A stretch of DNA of 64,000 nucleotides. It comes from an uncultured Actinomycetota bacterium (GTDB lineage: Bacteria > Actinomycetota > Actinomycetes > JAHEKZ01). Both the position numbers and the translations under genes were made by a program. This document shows positions 1 to 9,537 of this stretch, piece by piece. The DNA lies in contig CAWHIJ010000003.1 of NCBI GenBank assembly GCA_963829525.1, forward strand, positions 2,304,001 through 2,368,000, read 5' to 3'. The notes beneath the pieces are model-generated. The model was not told where the DNA came from and did no database searches. It saw only the letters and a program-made list of their open reading frames with translations. The first letter of the stretch is position 1. Every line of letters starts with the position of its first letter.

Positions 1-162
<162 letters not shown>

Positions 163-687
163 TCAGGCGGGTCGGTCGGCCACACGCATGGTGCGGTCGG
201 TGATGGAGCGCGGGCCACGGCCGACCGCCACCATGCCGGACTGGACAAGCTCCTTGACGCCGAACGGCTCCAAAACCCTCAGCAATGCTTCGAGCTTGTC
301 GGCGTTACCCGTGGCCTCGATCACCACCGCGTCGGGCGACACATCGACGACCTTGGCCCGGAAGAGCTGAACAGTCTCAAGCACCCGCGATCGAGTCTGG
401 GAGTCGGCCTTGACCTTGACCAGGATCAGTTCACGCTGGATCGCGGTGGAAGCGTCGAGCTCGACGATCTTCAGGACGTTGACCAGCTTGTTCAACTGCT
501 TGGTGACCTGCTCGAGGGGAAGGTCATCGACATTGACCGCGATGGTCATACGCGACATGCCTTGATGTTCGGTGGGGCCGACCGCAAGTGACTCGATGTT
601 GAAGCCGCGGCGCGAGAAGAGCGACGCGATGCGCGCAAGCACACCTGGTTGGTCCTCCACCAAGACGGAGAGAGTGTGGCGCGTCAT
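163..687 (-). CDS. ilvN: Acetolactate synthase small (regulatory, ACT) subunit
   Basis: HTLSVLVEDQPGVLARIASLFSRRGFNIESLAVG; lies between ilvB and ilvC. Confidence 0.97.
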   Translation of the reverse strand: MTRHTLSVLVEDQPGVLARIASLFSRRGFNIESLAVGPTEHQGMSRMTIAVNVDDLPLEQVTKQLNKLVNVLKIVELDASTAIQRELILVKVKADSQTRSRVLETVQLFRAKVVDVSPDAVVIEATGNADKLEALLRVLEPFGVKELVQSGMVAVGRGPRSITDRTMRVADRPA

Positions 688-2442
688 CAGAGTTCGTCCT
701 TGTCCCAGTCAGGCGCCATGTCGCGCGCATACTTGATGTCGTCGTTACTCGTGCCGGCAGCAACCATCGGCCAGACCATCGCGTCCTTGTGGACGACGAA
801 ATCGATCACGACGGGACGGTCGTTGATCGCCATCGCCTTGTCGATCGTGGCGTCAACGTCCTCGGCGTTTTCGCACCGCAGCCCTTCGCATCCATATGCC
901 TGAGCCAACGTGACGAAGTCGGGGATGCGAACCGAGTGGAGATCGGTGTTGGAGTAGCGCTCGTTGTAGAACAGCGTCTGCCACTGACGCACCATGCCAA
1001 GGCTGCTGTTGTTGATGATGGCCACTTTGATGGGGATGTCGTTGATCGCACACGTGGCCAACTCTTGGTTGGTCATCTGGAAGCATCCATCGCCGTCAAT
1101 TGCCCAGACCGTGGCCTCAGGACGCCCAACCTTGGCTCCCATGGCAGCCGGGACAGCGAAACCCATCGTGCCTAAGCCGCCAGAGTTCAACCAAGTTCCC
1201 GGGCGCTCATACTTGACGAACTGCGCAGCCCACATCTGGTGCTGACCAACGCCCGCCGTATAGAGAGCTTCTGGTCCGGCTATGGCGCCGAGTCGTTCGA
1301 TGACGTACTGCGGTGCGAGCATTCCGTCGGGGGCCGGGCTGAAGCCGAGTGGGTACGTGTCACGCATGCGCTCGAGGGTGTCGCGCCACGCATCGAAGTC
1401 TCCGACGCGACCGGCTTCATGCTCAGCCTCGACCGCCGCGATCAGCTCGACGATGACCTCTTTGGCATCACCGACGATGGGAACGTCGGCAACGCGGTTC
1501 TTCGAGATCTCAGCTGGGTCGATGTCAGCGTGGATGATGACAGCATCGGGGGCAAAGGTATCCAGACGTCCAGTGACCCTGTCGTCGAAGCGGGCGCCCA
1601 GAGCAACGATCAAGTCGGACTTCTGCAAGGCCCCGACAGAAGAAACGGTTCCGTGCATCCCGGGCATCCCCATATGCAGCGGGTGGCTGTCGGGGAAGGC
1701 GCCGCGGGCCATGAGTGTGGTCACCACCGGGATTCCGGTGAGCTCGGCGAGGCGCATGAGGTCGGCCCCAGCCCCGGCCGCGTGCACGCCCCCACCCACG
1801 TACAGAACGGGTCGCCTGGCCTCGACGATCAGCCGGGCAGCCTCACGCACCTGCTTGGTGTGCGGCTTCAGGACGGGTCGGTAGCCGGGAAGGTCGATCG
1901 ATGTTGGCCAGTCGTAGGTCGACATCGCCTGCAGCGCATCCTTGGAGATGTCGACGAGGACTGGGCCCTTGCGGCCGGTTCCGGCGATGTGGAACGCCTC
2001 GGCGATCGTCTTGGGGATCAGAGCAGCGTCGGTCACGAGGAAGTTGTGCTTGGTGATCGGCATCGTGATGCCGCGGATGTCGGCCTCTTGGAATGCGTCA
2101 GTCCCGATGGCAGCGCTCGGCACCTGTCCGGTGATGGCCACGATGGGGGTGGAGTCCATGTAGGCGTTGGCGATCGGTGTAACCAGGTTCGTAGCACCCG
2201 GGCCACTCGTTGCCATGCAGACCCCGACGCGTCCGGTTGCCATCGCGTAGCCCTCGGCTGCATGGCCGGCGCCCTGCTCGTGGCGCACAAGTATGTGGCG
2301 CACTGTTCGAGTCAAAGAGCGGGTCGTAGGCGGGAAGAATGGCACCACCGGGAATGCCAAAGACGGTGTCGGCGCCGACATCCTCAAGCGCCTTGACCAG
2401 GCTCTCCGCGCCCGACAGCTGGGGGCCGGCCGACTCGCTCAT
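687..2442 (-). CDS. ilvB: Acetolactate synthase large subunit (one frameshift near 2305)
   Basis: N-terminus [16 protein letters not shown]...[15 protein letters not shown] in ORF 2098..2442 joins [14 protein letters not shown]...GDGCFQMT (ThDP motif) in ORF 687..2387. Confidence 0.95.
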
Positions 2443-2494
2443 CGATCTCTCCTTCTTCGGGTCCTACCAAGTGCCAACACCGTGCTGATCCAAC

Positions 2495-2529
2495 AAAAAA
2501 CCCCTCCGACCCGGGTGGGTGTGAGGGGT
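2495..2529 (-). terminator. Attenuator terminator hairpin of the ilvB leader
   Basis: Minus-strand ACCCCUC...GAGGGGU stem followed by a U-run (A-run at 2495-2500 on + strand), between the leader ORF and the ilvB start. Confidence 0.85.
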
Positions 2530-2552
2530 GCGCGCGGCTCGAGCGGTGCGGG

Positions 2553-2591
2553 TTAGGCCGCGCGCCACCGAACTACAACAATGAACTGCAT
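2553..2591 (-). CDS. ilvL: ilvB operon leader peptide MQFIVVVRWRAA
   Basis: 12-codon ORF with an Ile-Val-Val-Val run directly upstream of a U-tailed terminator; classic actinobacterial ilvB attenuator layout. Confidence 0.85.
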   Translation of the reverse strand: MQFIVVVRWRAA

Positions 2592-2701
2592 GCCCCAAGG
2601 TTGGAGCCTGGCAGGCCATTGGTCAAGTGGTGACCCGGAGCATCTCAGCATACGGACACGGCCTTGCCTCAACACCAGCCCAGCGGAACTAGCCTTGGCT
2701 G

Positions 2702-3298
2702 GTGCAGAGTTACGACGAACTACCCGAGGACTTGCCCGTCCCCCTGGACGACGGTGCCGCCGAACACCTCATGGGAGTCCGGCTTCCGGACAGATCTCTC
2801 CCCAGTACGACGAACCGGAGAGTGAACCCATCGGCACTCCCCGGCCGCATCGTGATCTACATCTATCCGATGACCGGACGCCCGGGCGTTGCCCTCCCCG
2901 AGGGCTGGGATGCCATCCCCGGCGCTCGGGGCTGCACACCTGAGTCGTGTGGGTTCCGCGATCACTTCGCTGAACTGCTCGACGCTGGGGCTGCGTCCGT
3001 CGTCGGACTATCCAGTCAGCCCACTGACTACCAACAGGAAGTCGTTGATCGTCTGCGGCTTCCGTATGAACTGCTGTCAGACGGGGACTTCGAGTGGGCA
3101 AAGGTTCTACGTCTCCCGACGTTCCGAGCAGCGGGTCAGCGGTTCCACTGTCGCCTCACGCTGATCGTGAAGGACGGCGTCATCGAGCACGTCTTCTACC
3201 CCGTGTTCCCACCCGACTCTCATGCCGTCGGCGTCCTCACCTGGCTGCGAGACAACGCCGACGGACGGTCAGCCGCAAACGGCACCTTGAGCGGCTGA
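2702..3298 (+). CDS. Peroxiredoxin (BCP/AhpC-TSA-like redoxin)
   Basis: YIYPMTG...[15 protein letters not shown] peroxidatic-Cys motif; [21 protein letters not shown]; TAGCCT -10 six nt before GTG. Confidence 0.88.
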   Translation: MQSYDELPEDLPVPLDDGAAEHLMGVRLPDRSLPSTTNRRVNPSALPGRIVIYIYPMTGRPGVALPEGWDAIPGARGCTPESCGFRDHFAELLDAGAASVVGLSSQPTDYQQEVVDRLRLPYELLSDGDFEWAKVLRLPTFRAAGQRFHCRLTLIVKDGVIEHVFYPVFPPDSHAVGVLTWLRDNADGRSAANGTLSG

Positions 3299-4951
3299 CC
3301 CCACCAACCGGGCGTACTTGCCGAGGACGCCCTTGGTGTAGCGGGGCTCCTTCGGAATCCAGCCGTTGCGTCGCGCGTCCAGCTCACCGGCGTCCACAAG
3401 CAGGTCGAGCGTTCGCTCCGACATGTCGAGCCTGATCCGGTCACCGTCTTGCACGAAGGCGATCGGCCCGCCATGTGGGGCTTCGGGGGCGACGTGACCG
3501 ATGCAGAACCCGGCCGTCGCTCCGGAGAACCGGCCGTCGGTGACGAGCATGACGTCCTTGCCGAGCCCAGCACCCTTGATGGCTGCGGTGACCGCGAGCA
3601 TCTCGCGCATGCCGGGGCCGCCCTTCGGCCCTTCGTACCGGATCACGACGACGTCACCGGCGACGACGTGGCCGTGGGTGACGGCGCTCATCGCGTCCTT
3701 CTCGTCGTCGAAGACCTTGGCGGTGCCCTCGAAGACTGGCTTGTCGATGCTGGCCGCCTTGATCACTGAGCCTTCTGGCGCCAGTGATCCTTTGAGGATC
3801 ATCAGCCCACCGGTCGGGTGGATCGGGGCGGATACCGGGTGCAGAATCTCTCCATCCGGCTCCGGCGGGGCGAGTTGGGCCAGGTTCTCGGCCACCGTCT
3901 GGCCGGTGACTGTTAGTGCGTCGCCATGCAACAACCCGGCCTCCAGCAGCTCGCGCATGACGACGGGGACTCCCCCGATGCGGTCAATGTCGTTCATCAC
4001 GTAGCGACCGAACGGCTTCACGTCGGCCAGGTGCGGTGTGCGGTCACCGACGCGGTTGAAGTCGTCGATGGAAAGCTCGACCTCGGCCTCATGGGCGATG
4101 GCGAGCAGATGCAGTACCGCGTTGGTCGAACCGCCGAGCGCCATCACCACGGCGATCGCGTTCTCGAATGCGTGCTTGGTCATGATGTCCCGCGCTGTGA
4201 TTCCCTGGCGGAGCAACTCGACAACGGCCTCGCCGGATCGGAACGAGTACTCGTCACGACGCCGGTCGACGGCAGCTGGTGCCGCACTGCCCGGCAGCGA
4301 CATCCCCAGGGCCTCGCCGACGCTGGCCATCGTGTTGGCGGTGAACATGCCTCCGCAAGCACCCTCACCCGGACAGGCCTGCCGCTCGATCTCGTCCAGC
4401 TCGGCGCGGGTGATACGGCCGAGTGCGCAGGCCCCGACCCCCTCGAACGCATCCTGGATGGTGACGTCGTGGTCACCGACGCGTCCGGGAAGGATCGACC
4501 CCGCATAGACGAAAACGTTGGCGAGGTCGAGCCGAGCCGCCGCCATCAACATGCCTGGAAGCGACTTGTCGCAACCGGCAAACGTGACCGAACCGTCAAG
4601 CCGCTCCGCGTGCATCACCGTCTCGACCGAGTCCGCGATCACCTCACGGCTGACCAACGACGCACGCATGCCCTCGTGACCCATCGAGATGCCGTCAGAG
4701 ACCGAGATCGTGCCGAACTCCATGGGAAACCCACCCGCGGCGAAGACGCCTTCCTTCGCCTTGAGGGCCAGGCGCTTCAGAGACATGTTGCAAGGGGTGA
4801 TCTCGTTCCAGCTCGAAGCGATCCCGATCTGTGGCTTCTCCCAGTCGTCATCGGTCATGCCCACGGCGCGCAGCATGGCCCGGTTGGGCGCACGCTCCAT
4901 GCCGTCGGTGACGTCGCGACTGCGCGGCTTGAGGTCGGGCTCTTCGCTCAT
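3269..4951 (-). CDS. ilvD: Dihydroxy-acid dehydratase
   Basis: [52 protein letters not shown] motifs. Confidence 0.97.
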   Translation of the reverse strand: MSEEPDLKPRSRDVTDGMERAPNRAMLRAVGMTDDDWEKPQIGIASSWNEITPCNMSLKRLALKAKEGVFAAGGFPMEFGTISVSDGISMGHEGMRASLVSREVIADSVETVMHAERLDGSVTFAGCDKSLPGMLMAAARLDLANVFVYAGSILPGRVGDHDVTIQDAFEGVGACALGRITRAELDEIERQACPGEGACGGMFTANTMASVGEALGMSLPGSAAPAAVDRRRDEYSFRSGEAVVELLRQGITARDIMTKHAFENAIAVVMALGGSTNAVLHLLAIAHEAEVELSIDDFNRVGDRTPHLADVKPFGRYVMNDIDRIGGVPVVMRELLEAGLLHGDALTVTGQTVAENLAQLAPPEPDGEILHPVSAPIHPTGGLMILKGSLAPEGSVIKAASIDKPVFEGTAKVFDDEKDAMSAVTHGHVVAGDVVVIRYEGPKGGPGMREMLAVTAAIKGAGLGKDVMLVTDGRFSGATAGFCIGHVAPEAPHGGPIAFVQDGDRIRLDMSERTLDLLVDAGELDARRNGWIPKEPRYTKGVLGKYARLVGSAAQGAVCG

Positions 4952-5646
4952 GTCGGAAGCCTACGGGTGACCCAGACGTCCCGGACCGGGTGCCCTAGCC
5001 GTCTGGCCCGGCGCTCGTACTTGGTCACCGGGCGGTCCAGGACCCCAGGGATCGAGCGTGGTGCGAACCCGTCGAACGGGTTGTGCAGCCGAGGTTCGGC
5101 GCCGAGGACGGCCAACATTTGGTCCGCGTACTCCATGTCATCGGTCGCGCAATGGACGAAGGCATCAGGAGCGAGTTTGTCGACCATCATCGCCGCGAAG
5201 TCCGGCTGGACGAGCCGACGTTTTCGGTGCCGCGCCTTGGGCCATGGGTCGGGGAAGAAGATCCTGGCGCCAGCCAAGGCGCCATCGCTGATCCGCTGAT
5301 CCAGGAACTCCACCGCGTCCCCGAGCACGACGCGCACGTTCGTGAGGCCGTCGCGCTCGACCTGTCGGAGCAGGGTCGCGATCCCCCTGGTGTGCACGTC
5401 GATCGCGATGATGTCGGCGTCCGGGGCTCCGGCCGCCTGCGCTCGGGTGCTCTCTCCCATCCCGCAGCCGATATCGACCACAACCGGAGCCACCCTGCCA
5501 AATGTCTCGCTGAGGTCGAGCCGCTCCCCGGCAGGCTCCAGGCCCCACCGCCCGACAAGGGTGGCGAGTGCCTCACGGTGGGCGTCGCCGAGTCGCCCTC
5601 GCCTCGCGTGGAAGGTGCGGACGCGGTGCGACGGGGCGTCAGCCAC
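4948..5646 (-). CDS. trmB: tRNA (guanine-N7)-methyltransferase
   Basis: [11 protein letters not shown] motif, [30 protein letters not shown]; start set at GTG 5646 overlapping the upstream stop. Confidence 0.93.
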   Translation of the reverse strand: MADAPSHRVRTFHARRGRLGDAHREALATLVGRWGLEPAGERLDLSETFGRVAPVVVDIGCGMGESTRAQAAGAPDADIIAIDVHTRGIATLLRQVERDGLTNVRVVLGDAVEFLDQRISDGALAGARIFFPDPWPKARHRKRRLVQPDFAAMMVDKLAPDAFVHCATDDMEYADQMLAVLGAEPRLHNPFDGFAPRSIPGVLDRPVTKYERRARRLGHPVRDVWVTRRLPT

Positions 5647-5932
5647 CGGCGACGGAAGGAAGAACGAGCACCACGGCATCCTGTCCGAGGACGGTCGCCG
5701 TGCCATTCGCGCCCCGAACGTCGGCCCCATCGGCGTAGACGTTGACATGGCGGCGAAGCTGGCCAGACTCGGTGCGCAGCCGCCGCACCAGATGCGGATG
5801 CACACCAGCTACAAGGTCGAGCAGGTCGCCGACCGTTGGGTCGGGGCGGTCCATCTCTACCGCTAGCGTGCGCCGACCACCGGCCACGTCGGCGAGCACT
5901 GAGGGCAGTTCGAGCGTGACGCGAACGGTCAT
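5639..5932 (-). CDS. MoaD/ThiS-family ubiquitin-like protein
   Basis: 97 aa, LRRHVNVYADGADVR, C-terminal LPSVAGG; ATGA overlap with upstream gene. Confidence 0.9.
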   Translation of the reverse strand: MTVRVTLELPSVLADVAGGRRTLAVEMDRPDPTVGDLLDLVAGVHPHLVRRLRTESGQLRRHVNVYADGADVRGANGTATVLGQDAVVLVLPSVAGG

Positions 5933-7021
5933 GGCAGGAGGGCCGCGCGAACGCAAAGAACGTCAGGCAGATGGCTCACCAGCTGGTTCCAGCTCGTCCC
6001 GCCGTCGGAGCTGCCCCAGACCTCACCCGAGCGGGTCCCTAGGTAGATGCCAGCCGGATCGGCGGCGTCCGTGGTGAGTGCATCGCGCAGCACAATCGTG
6101 TGGAAACCAGACTCTGGAAGACCGGTCGAGGAGTCGATCCAGGCACGCCCGCCGTCAACGCTGCGGTACACGCCGGCTCGGCCGCCGACCGGGAACCGGT
6201 TCATGTCGGCCGAGAGCGGGAAGAGGAAGAAGGCGCCATCTGGACCAGGGGTTCGCGTCAGACCGAACCCGAAGATGGCCGGTAGTCCCTCCTGAGCCTC
6301 TTGCCAGAGACTTGCCTCCGTCTTCGCTGCGGAAGACACCGCCGTGGTTCTGCAGCATGAGCAGGTCTGGGTCCTCAGAGTCGCGCACCACTTTGTGCAC
6401 GCATTGGCCGTACTCCACTTCCTGCCTCGGGCAGGAAAGGGGCACCCACCCCGCGGTTCGAGGGGTTCCAGCTCGCCCCGGCGTCCTCGGTGACGTACAC
6501 CCCTCCGGTCGACATCGCCACCATTACGCGCGATGGATCGGACGGGTGCGGCAACACCGTGTGGAGGCACTGTCCGCCCGCGCCGGGCTGCCAGTCTGGG
6601 CGATGTGGGTGGTCCCACAGACTTCGCACCAAGGCGAAGGTGCGGCCGCCGTCGCTCGGATCGGAAGAGCGCAGAAGGCTCGACTCCTGCCCATACCTCG
6701 TGGGGGCGGCTCTCCGGTCCGGGCTGCAGCTGCCAGATCTGCTCGACGTCGGCGCCGGCGTCCGGCTGGAAACGAATCGACCCACCGGGCTCCTCGGCCC
6801 ATGTATCGACCACGATCGTCGGAGGTGAACACCGCTGGTCCCCAGTGCTCGTTGCGGCCTCCGGCCATCAGCCGGGCCGGACTGCGCCGCGTGTCGATCG
6901 CGACAGCGGCGACGGCAGCCATTGAGTGGTGCGGCCCCTCCCACTCCCAGGAGTCCCGGTCAGAAGACCATCCGAGGAAGAGCCCCTTCTTGGTCCCAAC
7001 CGCAAGCATCACCTGCGTCAC
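5929..7021 (-). CDS. BNR/Asp-box beta-propeller ('exo-alpha-sialidase'/WD40-YVTN-like) protein; several frameshifts
   Basis: MLAVGTKKGLFLG N-terminus and repeated SxDGGxxW boxes spread over ORFs 6524..7090, 5929..6813, 6375..6944 and 6155..6445; GGAGG SD before GTG 7021. Confidence 0.82.
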
Positions 7022-7114
7022 ACGAACCTCCCGAAGAGGGTCGAGGCGGCCCCCGCCTCGGCCAGTCTGGCCGTTGGCGGTCACCGGCACACAAGCCCTT
7101 CCAAAGTGCAGATG

Positions 7115-8023
7115 TCAGTCGACACGCACGACGTTGGCAAGCGTCTGTCCTGCCGCGAACCGATCGAGCTGCTCCTGCAGCAACCGCCACGCACGCGGAA
7201 GAAACGCCGACGTGTCACCACCAACATGGGGGGTAATCAACACATTAGGTGCGAGCCACAGGGGATGGTCGGGCGGGAGCGGCTCGGGATCGGTGACGTC
7301 GAGGGCGGCACGCAGACGTCCAGCCGTGAGTTCAGCGACCAGAGCATCGGTGTCGACGACCGGTCCCCTTGCAACGTTGACGACCAAAGCTCCATCGGGC
7401 AGCGCAGCGAGGAATCCACGATCTGCCAGATGATGAGTTTCTGGGCCGTAAGGGATTGCGAGGATGACAACGTCGGCCGTCGGAAGCAGATCTCTTAGTT
7501 CATCGGCGCCACGGACTCCGTCGCGCGCCGTCCTCGCCACAACCTGCAGGTCTACCTCAAAGGGACCTAGCCGAGCCGCGATCGCCGAACCAACCGAGCC
7601 AGCACCGACGAGTACGACGCGACGGTCGGCGAGGGCATCGTGGCGTGCGTGCAACCAGGTGCCTTCATCCTGCGCGCGCAAGAAGTTGGGAAACCCTCGC
7701 AGACTCGCGATGGCAAGGCCGACGGCCAGCTCTGCGGTGCTCGCATCGTGGACTCCTGCGGCATTGCAGAGGATGACGCCCGACGGAAGGTGGGCCAGAA
7801 CGTCGTCCACGCCCGCCGTCAGGGTCTGCACAACCTTCAGCGACCCCATCGCATCCATGACCTCAAAGGCCTGGTCCGGTCCCATGTACTCGGGAACATA
7901 GAGGGCGACGTCGCCAACCGATCCTGGAACGGGCTGGCCACTTCGCCACACCTCGACGCTCAACTCCGGTGCCACGCTCAGGTGCTCCGACCAGTCATCG
8001 TCGGGGAGCCATACCAGCGTCAT
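7115..8023 (-). CDS. D-isomer-specific 2-hydroxyacid dehydrogenase
   Basis: VGAGSVG Rossmann motif, VNVARGPVVD, AALDVTDPEPLP, ITPHVGG. Confidence 0.92.
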   Translation of the reverse strand: MTLVWLPDDDWSEHLSVAPELSVEVWRSGQPVPGSVGDVALYVPEYMGPDQAFEVMDAMGSLKVVQTLTAGVDDVLAHLPSGVILCNAAGVHDASTAELAVGLAIASLRGFPNFLRAQDEGTWLHARHDALADRRVVLVGAGSVGSAIAARLGPFEVDLQVVARTARDGVRGADELRDLLPTADVVILAIPYGPETHHLADRGFLAALPDGALVVNVARGPVVDTDALVAELTAGRLRAALDVTDPEPLPPDHPLWLAPNVLITPHVGGDTSAFLPRAWRLLQEQLDRFAAGQTLANVVRVD

Positions 8024-8075
8024 GGCTGTCCACGGTATCCGTCGCGCCTGCCGCAGCAAGAGGCCCCATCATGGA

Positions 8076-9264
8076 GTGGTGGGCATCAAACTCGAGTCGA
8101 GCGGCGGCGTTGGATCAAACGGCGGCGCCACGTCCCGATCGCGGACTGTTGTACTGGTGGTCGCGGTTGTGCTCGTGGTCGCGGCGGTCGCTGTCATCGG
8201 CACTCAGTGGAAGGTGCTGCCGTGGGTACCCGACGCGGCAACCTTCGGGACGGCAAGTCCGCCCGACGCCTCCTCGACCCCGCCCGATGTGGGCGAGCCC
8301 ATCGACCTGGCCACCGACCTTGCCGTGCCATGGGGGCTGACGTTCTTGCCCGACGGACGTGCGTTGGTCGGCGAGCGAACCACCGGTGAAGTCAGCGTGA
8401 TTGTCCCCGGAGAGGCTCGCCGCGCCGATCGGCACCGTTCCCGACGTTGCCGACAATGGTGAGGGTGGTCTGCTCGGCATCGTCGCCTCGCCCACGTTCG
8501 AGGACGACCAACTCATCTACGCCTACGTGACGACGAACATCGACAACCGCGTGATCACGATGGAGCTCGGCGACGACGTACTGCGTAATCCGATGCCGAT
8601 ACTGACCGGCATCCCCGACGAGTCCTACCACGACGGTGGTCGTCTGCTGTTTGGGCCAGATGGAATGCTCTACGTCACCACGGGGGATGCTGGTGTGCCC
8701 GAGAACGCCCAGGACCTTTCGTCGTTGTCAGGGAAGATCCTTCGCGTGAATGCGGACGGCTCAGTCCCCGACGACAACCCATTCGCTGGCTCACCTGTGT
8801 GGAGCTATGGACATCGCAACGTCCAAGGCCTGGCCTTCGACGACGACGGACGGCTCTGGGCGTCGGAGTTCGGCTCGTCCGCCTACGACGAGCTCAATCT
8901 GATCGAACCAGGAGCGAACTACGGGTGGCCGGAGGTCGAGGGCGTCGGCGGTGAGGTGTCCGAGACGAGCGGGTTCGTCGACCCGCAAGTCACCTGGCCG
9001 ACCAGTGAGGCCTCCCCCAGCGGACTGGCATGGCTCGGCGGCGTGCTCTACATGGGCGCGCTCCGTGGCGAGCGTCTCTGGGAGATACCCGTCAGCGGTG
9101 ATACGGCCCAGGAGCCGACTGCTGCCCTTGAAGGGGAGCTAGGGCGCATCCGCACCGTCGTGGTGGCACCCGACGGCGACCTGTGGCTGACCACGAGCAA
9201 TACCGACGGGCGCGGGGACCCGCGCGATGGTGACGACCGTGTGGTTCGCGTCAGCCTCAGCTGA
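8076..9264 (+). CDS. PQQ-dependent sugar (glucose/sorbosone) dehydrogenase, membrane-anchored; frameshift near 8410
   Basis: N-terminal TM segment and LAVPWGLTFLPDG in ORF 8022..8462; GEGGLLG, HDGGRLLFGPDG, YGHRNVQG, NYGWP in ORF 8401..9264; start approximate. Confidence 0.85.
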
Positions 9265-9362
9265 CACACGGTTAGCCGAGGTGGTAGCCCTCCTGGGGCC
9301 GGAGCAGTAGGTGCGTGTGTCTGGTTGCTCGCAGAACGCGTCGGAATTTCAGCCTGGGTGTC

Positions 9363-9385
9363 TTGTCGGTGGGTTGGTTTAGCGT
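9363..9385 (+). promoter_or_regulatory. RecA-NDp / PafBC-type DNA-damage-inducible promoter
   Basis: TTGTCGGTG-ggttggtt-TAGCGT matches the mycobacterial consensus tTGTCRgtg-N8-TAnnnT exactly. Confidence 0.75.
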
Positions 9386-9537
9386 GGGTGTTGTTGGTAG
9401 CGGTAGTGAGATGAAGGTGATGGAACCCCCGTCGTACTGGTGTGCTGGTGGTACTGGTGCTACCGGTAGCGCGGGGTTCGATGAGACCAGGTGATGGCCG
9501 CTGCTGGTCCTGGTTGTCGTCGGAAGGTCGCTGGTCG

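Noticed and set aside
3926-5299. 457-aa + strand ORF antisense to ilvD/trmB (likewise 1239..2396, 6078..7433, 26446..27621, 46832..48460, 56973..57932)
   Set aside because: Shadow ORFs expected opposite high-GC genes; no recognisable motifs.
4948-5805. Apparent 285-aa TrmB with a long N-terminal extension
   Set aside because: The extension is an alternative frame of the MoaD-like gene; GTG 5646 overlapping its stop is the better start.
9434-9459. GTACTGGTG repeats as a mini CRISPR or guide array
   Set aside because: Only two 9-bp copies with an 8-bp gap and no cas genes; kept only as part of the structured leader.
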